Assembly (NCBI GenBank): GCA_964649985.1
Contig: CAZYQX010000014.1
Location: 6,124 to 70,123 of the forward strand
From: an uncultured Pseudomonadales bacterium
Lineage (GTDB): Bacteria; Pseudomonadota; Gammaproteobacteria; Pseudomonadales; CAZYQX01
DNA length: 64,000 bases
Direction: 5' to 3'
The notes below the pieces were generated by a model, which worked only from the letters and a program-made list of their open reading frames with translations, was not told the DNA's origin and ran no database searches. This document shows positions 18,432 to 26,478 of the stretch, one piece after another (the stretch's first letter is position 1; every line of letters begins with the position of its first letter). The translations under genes and the position numbers were made by a program.

Positions 18432-18842
18432 ATGGATCAACGGATGATCCAGCGCGCCCGGCAGTTGCGGCGCGACACCACTGACGCAGAGCGGTGGTTG
18501 TGGCGCCACTTGCGGCAGCAGCAATTGCAGGGCTATCGCTTTTGACGGCAGCGGCCGGTCGGGCCCTACATCGCGGACTTTGCCTGCCTGCGCCCCCGGC
18601 TCGTGGTCGAGCTGGATGGCAGTCAGCATGTCGCGATGGCCGAGTATGATGACGCTCGCAGCCAGTACTTGTTGCGGGAGGGTTTCCGAGTCCTGAGATT
18701 CTGGAACCACGAGGTTTTTGAGAATATCGAAGGGGTGTTTCAGGTGATTCTTCATGCCTTGGAGAACCACCCCCACCCCAACCCTCCCCCTGAGGGGGAG
18801 GGGGCAGGCCTGTGTGCGGGCGCCGGTGTTGCTGCGCCATAA
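18432..18842 (+). pseudogene. DUF559 (restriction-endonuclease-like fold) protein gene, interrupted by an in-frame TGA
   Basis: The single frame reads MDQRMIQRARQLRRDTTDAERWLWRHLRQQQLQGYRF*RQRPVGPYIADFACLRPRLVVELDGSQH...LREGFRVLRFWNHEVFENIEGV. The TGA at 18543-18545 sits where family members have Arg (CGA). The last ~25 codons run into a REP copy. Confidence 0.8.
18765..18805 (+). repeat. REP-like hairpin element (PEGEG family), forward copy
   Basis: aaccacccccaccccaaCCCTCCCCCTGAGGGGGAGGGGG. It overlaps the 3' end of the DUF559 reading frame. Confidence 0.8.
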
Positions 18843-18908
18843 GGGGTGATCCTTATGGTGTATACCCGATGCCGACCACAGGCCCTGTTTTCGTGGCGAC
18901 AACCCCAT

Positions 18909-18948
18909 CCCCTCCCCCTCAGGGTGAGGGCCAGGGTGGGGGTGGTTT
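18909..18948 (-). repeat. REP-like hairpin element (PEGEG family), reverse copy
   Basis: cccctccccctcagggtgagggccagggtgggggtggttt. It forms an inverted doublet with 18765-18805. Confidence 0.8.
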
Positions 18949-18999
18949 CGTGCCTTCCGCCGATGTCGCGGCGGGCTCAACACGCAGAGATTGACCACC

Positions 19000-20163
19000 A
19001 TGGAATTCGCTTTCACCGAAGAGCAATTGATGATCCGCGAGGCCGCCGAGAGCTTCCTCGCCGACAAATCCACCAGCGAAGCCGTGCGCAAAGCCATGGC
19101 CACCGAGGCCGGTTTCGACCCCGAGCTGTGGACGGCCATCGCCACCGAAATGGGCTGGCCCGCCATCCACATCCCCGAGGCATACGGCGGTCTGGGGCTG
19201 GGCTATGTAGAGCTGGTGGCGATTCTCGAGCAGATGGGCCGCCGCCTGCTGTGCTCGCCGTTTTTCTCCACCGTCTGCCTGGGCGCCAACGCGCTGCTGG
19301 TGGCCGGTTCCGAGGCGCAGAAGCAGGAATACCTGCCGCAGATCGCCGCCGGTGAACTCACCGCCACCCTGGCCTACACCGGCGTGTCCGGCCGCTGGGA
19401 TCTGGACGGCATCGGCGCCACCTGGATGCAGGAAGGCGACGACTACGTGCTGAACGGCACCCTGCGCTACGTGCCCGATGGCCACACCGCTGGCCTGCTG
19501 ATCATCGCCGCCCGCCAGCCTGGCTCCCAGGGCGAGCAGGGCGTGGCCTTGTTCACCGTGCCCGCCGACAGCGCCGGCGTGGCCCGCGAGTGGCTGCCGA
19601 CCATGGACCAGACCCGCAAGCAGGCGCAGATCGTGCTGACCGGCCTGCGCCTGCCGGCCGCCGCCAAGATGGACGGCACCGCCGCCGCGCTGGAGAAGGT
19701 GTTGGACCTGGCCGCCATCAGCATCGCCGCCGATCAGGTGGGCGGCGCTCAGCAGGCGCTGGACATCACCGTCGACTACGTCAAGGAGCGCAAGCAGTTC
19801 GGCCGCGCCATCGCCAGCTACCAGGCGATCAAGCACCGCTGCGCCGACATGATGGCGAAGACCGAAGTATGCCGCTCGGCCATCTACTACGCCGCCTGCG
19901 TGGCGCAGGAAGCGCTGTTCGGCGAGGGCGAGGAATCCGCCGCCATTGCCAGCGAGCTGTCCGAAGCCGCCAGCATGGCCAAGGCCTACTGCTCCGATGC
20001 CTACTTCTTCAACGCCGGCTGCGGCATTCAGCTGTTCGGTGGCGTCGGCTTCACTTGGGAATACGACATCCACTTGTTCTTCAAGCGCGCCAAGAGCACC
20101 GAGACCTTCCTGGGCAACGGTGCCTATCATCGCGAGAAGATCGCGAAGCAGCTGCTTGGTTGA
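19000..20163 (+). CDS. Acyl-CoA dehydrogenase-family protein (GFTWEYDIH class)
   Basis: The MEFAFTEEQ.. start parallels the MDFTFTEDQ start of the 15039 paralogue (an alternative ATG lies at 18991). C-terminus FGGVGFTWEYDIHLFFKRAK. Confidence 0.8.
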   Translation: MEFAFTEEQLMIREAAESFLADKSTSEAVRKAMATEAGFDPELWTAIATEMGWPAIHIPEAYGGLGLGYVELVAILEQMGRRLLCSPFFSTVCLGANALLVAGSEAQKQEYLPQIAAGELTATLAYTGVSGRWDLDGIGATWMQEGDDYVLNGTLRYVPDGHTAGLLIIAARQPGSQGEQGVALFTVPADSAGVAREWLPTMDQTRKQAQIVLTGLRLPAAAKMDGTAAALEKVLDLAAISIAADQVGGAQQALDITVDYVKERKQFGRAIASYQAIKHRCADMMAKTEVCRSAIYYAACVAQEALFGEGEESAAIASELSEAASMAKAYCSDAYFFNAGCGIQLFGGVGFTWEYDIHLFFKRAKSTETFLGNGAYHREKIAKQLLG

Positions 20164-20181
20164 GGCCTGGAGGACAGAACT

Positions 20182-21366
20182 ATGAAACTTACGTTCAGTA
20201 AAGAAGACGAGCTGTTCCGCCAGGAAGTTGCCACCTGGCTGAAAGACAACCTCAAGGGCGAGTTCGAGCACATCCGCTTCCGCGGTGGCCCGGGCGACGA
20301 GCACATGTTCCCCGAAGAGCGCAAGCACTGGGAGCAGAAGCTGGCCCAGGGCGGCTGGACCTGCATTGGCTGGGCCAAGGAGCACGGCGGTCGCGGCGCC
20401 TCCATCGAGCAGCAGGTGATCTTCTTCGAAGAATACGCCCGCGCCGGTGGCCCCGGCCGCGTCGGCCACATCGGTGAAGGCCTGGCGGGCCCCACCATCG
20501 CCGCCTTCGGCACCGATGAGCAGCGCGCCAAATACCTGCCCGGCATCGTCAAGGGCACCGAGTTGTGGTGCCAGGGCTACTCCGAGCCGGCGGCGGGTTC
20601 CGACCTGGCGGCGGTGAAGACCAAGGCGGTGTTCGACCAAGCCAAGGGCAAGTGGGTGATCAACGGCCAGAAGGTGTGGACCTCCCTGGCCCACGAATCC
20701 GACTGGTGCTTCGTGGTGGCGCGCACCGATCCCACCACCAGCGATCACAAGGGCCTGGGCTTCTTCCTGGTGTCCATGCACCAGCCGGGCGTCACCGTGC
20801 GCCCGATCGAGCAGCTCACCGGCACCTGCGAGTTCAACGAGGTGTTCTTTGACGATGCCGTCGCCGACGACATCCTCGGCCAGCCCGGTGAAGGCTGGAA
20901 GATCGCCATGGCGCTGCTCGGCTTCGAGCGCGGCGTGTCCACCCTCGGCCAGCAGATGCTGTTCCAGAACGAGCTGGACGAGATCATCCGCGCCGCCAAG
21001 GACAACGGCCAGGCCCAGAACCCGGACATCCGCGCCCGCATCGCCGAGGCCCACGCCGGCCTGCGCATCATGCGCTACAACGCCATGCGCATGCTGAGCG
21101 ACGGCTCCGGTGGCGCCACCCAGAAGGCCTCCCTGGTGTACAAACTGCACTGGGCCACCTGGCACCGCCACCTGGGCAAGCTGGCCATGGACGTGCTGGG
21201 CGCCGAGAGCGAGATCTGCGAATCCGGCCCGTACAACCTGACGCGCCTGCAGTCCATGTATCTGTTCACGCGCTCCGACACCATCTACGGCGGCACCAAC
21301 CAGATCCAGCGCAACATCATCGCCGAACGCGGGCTGGACATGCCGCGCGAGCCGAAAGGCCGCTGA
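20182..21366 (+). CDS. Acyl-CoA dehydrogenase (class with ..IYGGTNQIQRNIIAE C-terminus)
   Basis: 394 aa. WCQGYSEPAAGSD, INGQKVWTS, IYGGTNQIQRNIIAERGL. It is a paralogue of the 13854 gene. Confidence 0.85.
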   Translation: MKLTFSKEDELFRQEVATWLKDNLKGEFEHIRFRGGPGDEHMFPEERKHWEQKLAQGGWTCIGWAKEHGGRGASIEQQVIFFEEYARAGGPGRVGHIGEGLAGPTIAAFGTDEQRAKYLPGIVKGTELWCQGYSEPAAGSDLAAVKTKAVFDQAKGKWVINGQKVWTSLAHESDWCFVVARTDPTTSDHKGLGFFLVSMHQPGVTVRPIEQLTGTCEFNEVFFDDAVADDILGQPGEGWKIAMALLGFERGVSTLGQQMLFQNELDEIIRAAKDNGQAQNPDIRARIAEAHAGLRIMRYNAMRMLSDGSGGATQKASLVYKLHWATWHRHLGKLAMDVLGAESEICESGPYNLTRLQSMYLFTRSDTIYGGTNQIQRNIIAERGLDMPREPKGR

Positions 21367-21423
21367 TCAACCGCCTATGCGGGGCCCGCTCGGCGGGCCC
21401 CCGGTAAATTTTGAGGACAGCTC

Positions 21424-22215
21424 ATGACCGCCACCAAGAATCCCCAATACGTCCAGGGCCACGGCCTGCTGAAGGGCAAGTCCGTGCTGATCACCGCCTC
21501 CGCCGGTGCTGGCATCGGCTTCTCCGCCGCCACCCGCGCGGTGGAAGAGGGCTGCCGCGCCATCGTGCTGAGCGATGTGCACGAGCGCCGCCTGGCCGAA
21601 TCCGTAGAGAAACTGAAGGCCGACACCGGCCTGCAGGAAGTGTACGGCAAGCTCTGCAACGTCACCGTTGAAGAAGAAGTGCAAGCCCTGGTGGACTACG
21701 CCGAACAAGTGATGGGCGGCGTAGACGTGCTGATCAACAACGCCGGCCTGGGCACCTCCAAGCTGCTGGTGGAGATGGACGACGCCGAGTGGAACAAGGT
21801 CATCGACGTCACCCTCAATGGCACCATGCGCATGACCCGCTACATGATGAAAATCATGATGGCCCGCAAGGCCGGCGTGATCGTCAACAACGCCTCGGTG
21901 CTCGGCTGGCGTGCACAGAAAGAGCAGGCCCACTACGCCGCCGCCAAGGCCGGTGTCATGGCACTGACCCGCTGCGCCGCCCTGGAAGCCGCCGATCACG
22001 GCATCCGCATCAACGCCGTGGCGCCTTCCATCGCCATGCACCCGATGCTGCGCAAATCCGCCCCGGCCGACCTGCTGGCTGAGTTGGAAGCCAAGGAAGC
22101 CTTCGGCCGCGCCGCCGAGACCTGGGAAGTCGCCAACGTGATGATCTTCCTGGCCTCCGATTACTCCAGCTATCTCACCGGTGAAGTGATCTCCTGCTCC
22201 AGCCAGCGCGCCTGA
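21424..22215 (+). CDS. Short-chain dehydrogenase/reductase (SDR; IpdF-like by context)
   Basis: 263 aa. ITASAGAGIG, NNAG, YAAAKAG. Confidence 0.8.
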   Translation: MTATKNPQYVQGHGLLKGKSVLITASAGAGIGFSAATRAVEEGCRAIVLSDVHERRLAESVEKLKADTGLQEVYGKLCNVTVEEEVQALVDYAEQVMGGVDVLINNAGLGTSKLLVEMDDAEWNKVIDVTLNGTMRMTRYMMKIMMARKAGVIVNNASVLGWRAQKEQAHYAAAKAGVMALTRCAALEAADHGIRINAVAPSIAMHPMLRKSAPADLLAELEAKEAFGRAAETWEVANVMIFLASDYSSYLTGEVISCSSQRA

Positions 22216-22234
22216 TCGCCGGCCGGACTACAAA

Positions 22235-22256
22235 GGGGCGCAACGCGCCCCTTTTT
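22235..22256 (+). terminator. Rho-independent terminator ending the acyl-CoA (steroid) operon
   Basis: ggggcgc-aac-gcgcccc followed by ttttt, 20 nt after the SDR stop. Confidence 0.85.
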
Positions 22257-22324
22257 CATTTGCCGCCAGGCTATGCTTGGCATGACCTCCCGTGACCTCA
22301 CGCCTCTCTACAGCGGACTCTCCC

Positions 22325-23032
22325 ATGACAGACCCCGTGCGCCTCTCCAAATACCTGGCCCAGACCCTGCCGTGCTCCCGCCGCGAGGCGGAACTCTACA
22401 TCGAAGGCGGCTGGGTGCTGGTGGATGGCGAGGTGGTGGACGACCCGCGCACCCCGGTGGCCGGCCAGCAGGTGAGCCTGCATCCCGAGGCCACCCTGGA
22501 GCCGCTGCCGCCGGTGACGATCCTGCTGCACAAACCCGCCGGCAGCCCCGCCGCCGCCAGCGAGCGCCTCACCCCGGCCAACCGCTCCGCACAAGATGCC
22601 TCAGGGATTCGCCTGATTCGCCGCCACTTCCAGCGGCTCACCGCCTGCATGGCGCTGGCCGACGCAGCCTGCGGCCTGCAGGTCTACACCCAGGATGGCC
22701 GCGTGGCGCGCAAACTCAGCGAAGATGCCGACCTGCTGGAGCAGGAACTGATCGTCGAGGTGGGCAGTACCCTGACGCCGGAGTTGCTGGCGCGCCTGAA
22801 CCAGGCCGGCAAGGCGCTGACGCGGCCGGTGCAGGGGCTCAAGATCAGCCAGCAGAGCGAGCAGCGGCTGCGCTTTGCGCTGAAAGGGCCCGCGCCGGGC
22901 TTTGTGGAGGAGGTGTGCCAGCGAGCGGGGTTGACGGTGTTGGGCATCAAGCGCTTGCGGATTGGGCGGGTGGCGATGTCGGGCTTGGCGGTAGGGGAGT
23001 GGCGTTATTTGCCGACGGGGACGCGGTTTTAG
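22325..23032 (+). CDS. S4-domain pseudouridine-synthase-like protein (RsuA/RluF-like, atypical catalytic motif)
   Basis: S4 domain RLSKYLAQ..SRREAELYIEGGWVLVDGEVV. The core aligns to the RsuA family, but the GRLD..GLLLLT motif reads MALADAACGLQVYTQDG. Confidence 0.6.
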   Translation: MTDPVRLSKYLAQTLPCSRREAELYIEGGWVLVDGEVVDDPRTPVAGQQVSLHPEATLEPLPPVTILLHKPAGSPAAASERLTPANRSAQDASGIRLIRRHFQRLTACMALADAACGLQVYTQDGRVARKLSEDADLLEQELIVEVGSTLTPELLARLNQAGKALTRPVQGLKISQQSEQRLRFALKGPAPGFVEEVCQRAGLTVLGIKRLRIGRVAMSGLAVGEWRYLPTGTRF

Positions 23033-23138
23033 AGCGGGGCTGGTGTTTGTCTTCAGGCCCCACCCGCCAGCCAGCACTGAATGAAATTTGCGTATGGCCT
23101 GGTTGATCGAAGTCACCACCCGCAGGCGCTGCGCTGAT

Positions 23139-23180
23139 CCCCTCCGCCTCCGCCTCCGGGGGAGGGCTAGGGGGGTGTTT
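23139..23180 (-). repeat. REP-like hairpin element (PEGEG family), reverse copy with (CCTCCG)x3
   Basis: cccctccgcctccgcctccgggggagggctaggggggtgttt. It lies at the left border of the AT-richer island. Confidence 0.7.
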
Positions 23181-23407
23181 CCTGCAGGCGCATCGGTTTT
23201 TTGGGCTGCGTAGTTGTCAGCCGTTTACAGGGGGCATGCCTGCGGGGGGGGGGGCGTTGTGTGTGCGCTTACTTCTTCTTTAGATCTTCTAATGAGTGAC
23301 ATGGCTGGTTTGTCTAAGTAAACTTAAGCCGCTAAAAAATTAAGCAATAGTGAGTTTTTAGTTGCTCAGCTTTTTTTGATTGCCACACTGTCTTAAAAGG
23401 ACTTGAG

Positions 23408-24667
23408 ATGTCTCTCGCCAGATGGAAATTACTTCTAGCCATTGTTTCCGTTCTTGAGCTGGCTGCCTGCTCGACAACAAGAATACCGCCAGAGTACCGT
23501 GCCCAATATGCAGGCCTTTCCGATGATCAGATTGATTTAATTGTACGCAGCGATGAAGCACATCAGGAGCTTCTGAGACAAGGGATGATCAGCCAAGAAG
23601 CCAGCCTGACCCGCTATGTTGAGGGGATCACAGCTCGCTTGCTGAAGCCTGTTCAATACGCGTTACCACCACAATTGCACATTCGTGTTTATGTTTTGCG
23701 CGATCCCCAGATCAATGCAATGGCGATGCCGAACGGCAATATTTATGTAAACGAAGGTTTGCTGGTTCGATTCCAGAATGAGGCGCAGCTTGCCTTTGTT
23801 CTCGGCCACGAGGTTTCGCATGTCACCGAGCAGCATTCACTAAAGGCACGGCAGGCAACGAAAACAACATCGGTTCTTCTCAACACTGCCGGAATGGTGC
23901 TAGACCCGAACTTAAGCATCATGGCTTCCATGTTGTATCTGTCTAACCACAGTCGAGATGCTGAAAGTGAGTCCGACCTAAAGGGATTGGACCTCATGTG
24001 TACGGCGGGGTATCAAGCTGACCAGTCTGTGAAAGCCATTGAGCTGTTACTTGAGGCCAAATCTGCAGATGCAATGACGGGTTCCATTTGGGGTAGCCAC
24101 CCTGGATTAAAGGACCGCATGAAGAATCTCGGCCAAGCCGGGTTGGCGAACCCAAATTGCGCTGGCAGCGAGGTGGAGGAGGGCGCTTTTACTGCGGTGA
24201 TCACTGATCAAGTTATCCAGGATGTGATCGAAATGAAACAGCGTCGTCGAAGTTATCAAAGCGCTTTTGATGTGAGCCAGGCACGCGCAATACAGCGCCC
24301 TCATGAAGTGCGGTATGTCTACCTAATGGGTGAGAGTCTCCGTCTGAAAGCGAGAGATCCCAAAGGTGCTGCGGAAGAAAGCCTATATTTAGAAGCTGGC
24401 AGCTTGCCGAGCGAAGTAAAAGTCACAGCCAAAATGAAAGCATACGAGGCTGAACGGCCTGAAACCGAAGCCCGTTCAGCTAAGTATCTGCAGGAGGCAA
24501 TCGCACTCGATCCTGGGTTCGCTCCTGCATACAGAGGTTTGGGGCTTCTTGCACAACAGCAAGGACTTAAGGATGAGGCGAAAAGTCAGTTGTCGCGTTA
24601 TCTGGAGCTAGCACCGACTGCGAAGGACAAACTATTTGTGGCTTCGCTCATTAAGTCGATTAAATGA
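23408..24667 (+). CDS. M48-family zinc metalloprotease lipoprotein with C-terminal TPR-like region
   Basis: 419 aa. Lipobox LELAAC, HEVSH (HExxH) in LGHEVSHVTEQH, C-terminal TPR-like AIALDPGFAPAYRGLGLL...LSRYLELAP. Confidence 0.75.
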   Translation: MSLARWKLLLAIVSVLELAACSTTRIPPEYRAQYAGLSDDQIDLIVRSDEAHQELLRQGMISQEASLTRYVEGITARLLKPVQYALPPQLHIRVYVLRDPQINAMAMPNGNIYVNEGLLVRFQNEAQLAFVLGHEVSHVTEQHSLKARQATKTTSVLLNTAGMVLDPNLSIMASMLYLSNHSRDAESESDLKGLDLMCTAGYQADQSVKAIELLLEAKSADAMTGSIWGSHPGLKDRMKNLGQAGLANPNCAGSEVEEGAFTAVITDQVIQDVIEMKQRRRSYQSAFDVSQARAIQRPHEVRYVYLMGESLRLKARDPKGAAEESLYLEAGSLPSEVKVTAKMKAYEAERPETEARSAKYLQEAIALDPGFAPAYRGLGLLAQQQGLKDEAKSQLSRYLELAPTAKDKLFVASLIKSIK

Positions 24668-24699
24668 TTTTTCATGAAACGTTAAAAAGGAGATTTTAG

Positions 24700-25410
24700 G
24701 TGAAAAAAATTGCTTTTTTTATGGTCATGCCAGTGATCCTGAGTATAGTTGGTTGTGGTTATACGACCGTACGCCAAGATGCGGATTGGCCTGCACGGAA
24801 GTCTGAAATTAAAACCATTGCCGTTGCTGTGAACAAGATCAATGTGGTCGAAGTGAATATGACGGGTGATGGTGGCCATGTGAAAGAGCAAGAGAAAGCT
24901 CTGGCCCAATATTCTGAGCAGGGACTGGTTAATGCTTTGTCGCAACATGGTTTTGTTGGTCGCAGCATTACCGGCGAAGAGTTGTCCAGTAATCCAGACC
25001 TGGCATTCGCAGTAAAGGAATTGGCCCAGAGTTACGAAGCTCTTGCGAAAGAGACCTATAAAACGCCTGCAATTCATGAAAAAATTGCCTACAAAACAGA
25101 TCTTAATGTTGGTGCAGCTGCTGCACCGGTGGCCGCAGCCACAGGTAGCGATGCTATCTTATTGGTAGATTACGATGGCTTTACTATTTCTTCGGGAAAA
25201 ATGGTAGCCAACATTGTCGTCGGTGCATTGCTAGGTTCAACTGCAGTTCCTCAACCAGCGGTCACTTCGCGCTTTGTATTGATTGATGGCCACAATGGAG
25301 ATGTTCTGTGTTCTAACATGGTGTCCATGCCGGGGGAGCCCAGCTATGCGGCACCAGCGCAGTCGGGAGCTGTATTAAAGGATATGCTTAGCGTATCAAA
25401 GGCAAAATGA
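24700..25410 (+). CDS. Lipoprotein of unknown function
   Basis: 236 aa. Signal peptide and lipobox (MKKIAFFMVMPVILSIVGC). I recognise no family. Separated by 32 nt from the M48 gene with its own aaaggag RBS. Confidence 0.55.
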   Translation: MKKIAFFMVMPVILSIVGCGYTTVRQDADWPARKSEIKTIAVAVNKINVVEVNMTGDGGHVKEQEKALAQYSEQGLVNALSQHGFVGRSITGEELSSNPDLAFAVKELAQSYEALAKETYKTPAIHEKIAYKTDLNVGAAAAPVAAATGSDAILLVDYDGFTISSGKMVANIVVGALLGSTAVPQPAVTSRFVLIDGHNGDVLCSNMVSMPGEPSYAAPAQSGAVLKDMLSVSKAK

Positions 25411-25566
25411 CCTTTTGGCCTTGTATAGCGTGCAATAACCAATGAGCAATGTGGCTTATCACTGCTTGAGTGGGGCTCATAGAAACAAAAAACAAAAGGA
25501 CACTCATAAAGCTCATTGACTAGCCAATGCTCACGGCCTGAGTAAGCGTGCCATGACTTACCGCAC

Positions 25567-25840
25567 GGTGCAGTTGTCCCCCTTGTAGTGAGCCGAGCGA
25601 AGTGCGGCTGATAGGGGGCAATTGGCCATGGATGGCCAATTGAGCGGCCTCGAATCAGGGATGAGCGTGGCCGCGACCCCGTGGCAGACGTGCTTCGATC
25701 GGGTAGCCCGGAGCGCAGCGCAGGGCCGAACGGTCAGGGGGCGCGGGGGAGTCCAGAGGGGCGCCGCGAAGCGCCCTTCTGGGGCCAGTCCGGCCCGAGG
25801 ACAGCGAGGCTAGATCGAGAGATGCGCTCATAGGTCAGCA
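25567..25840 (+). repeat. Long structured repeat, copy A (~270 bp, conserved ends and variable centre)
   Basis: It shares with copy B the 5' block ggtgcaGTTgTCCCCCTTgtAGTGAGCCGAGcGaaG and a ~150-bp 3' block (..cgaacggtCAGGGGGCGCGGGGGAGTCCAGAGGGGCGCCGCGaAGCGCCCTTCTGGGGCCAGTCCGGCCCGAGGACAGCGAGGCTAgATCGAGAGATGCGCTC..GGTCAGCA). There is no ORF of 60 aa or more with a coding look. Confidence 0.85.
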
Positions 25841-25915
25841 GTTAGACCAGTTTTAACCACCTCACGCAAACCACTACCGCAATCGAATTCCATCATCGAG
25901 GCCGCAGATGGCTTT

Positions 25916-25975
25916 GGGGCCTGTACGCTCAGAGGGCAGCGAAGCTAAATCGAGTGATGCGCTAGTCGGCCAGCA
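25916..25975 (+). repeat. Diverged direct copy of the GGGG-headed core unit
   Basis: GGGGCCTGTACGCTCAGAGGGCAGCGAAGCTAAATCGAGTGATGCGCTAGTCGGCCAGCA aligns without gaps to 25781-25840. Confidence 0.75.
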
Positions 25976-26160
25976 GCTAAGCACCTCACGCATCTGCCAT
26001 CAAACACCTAAGAGCCCATTCAAAATCTCACTGAAGGGCGCATCGCTGCGTTGAAATGGGCCTCAGTATGCTCACATACGCACGATATGCTCGGCTTGTT
26101 CGGCCCATTCCGGCCTTGTGCAGCATCCCTTGATCGGGTATTTCAACAGCCTGTTAGCAC

Positions 26161-26478
26161 CTAAAAGCCGCTAATGAGAAAATCTAGCGCAGCGATGATT
26201 TCATCGCGCTGCTCACTGATGTCAGCGACTTCTTTACCAAGGTCGCGCCGATGAACACCTGCAATTTGCGGTGTAAGCATCAAATAGTCTCTTCCTTCCA
26301 CGCGAAGCAACGGCGTCAAACCTGTTATTTGCGCAATTGCCTTCTTGTCGCAAGGTGCAAGCGGTGCAACAACACAGGTTTGGAGCGTATCAAGTAAGTC
26401 TGTTTGTACATTAAGCAAATAAGGAAAGCGCTTCTTGCTCTGCGCATTGGGGTTTGCGTAAACCGTAAATTGCTTCAT
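26161..26478 (-). CDS. ccdB: Type II toxin CcdB (gyrase poison family)
   Basis: 105 aa. MKQFTVYANPNAQSKKRFPYLLNVQTDLLD...LTPLLRVEGRDYLMLTPQIAGV is the typical CcdB pattern. Its ATGA start overlaps the ccdA stop. Confidence 0.85.
   Translation of the reverse strand: MKQFTVYANPNAQSKKRFPYLLNVQTDLLDTLQTCVVAPLAPCDKKAIAQITGLTPLLRVEGRDYLMLTPQIAGVHRRDLGKEVADISEQRDEIIAALDFLISGF

Noticed and set aside
18543-18545. The in-frame TGA in the DUF559 gene as selenocysteine or programmed read-through.
   Set aside because: No SECIS-like hairpin follows immediately. The position corresponds to a conserved Arg, for which CGA to TGA is a single transition. A nuclease of this family has no known Sec form. The simplest reading is a pseudogene.
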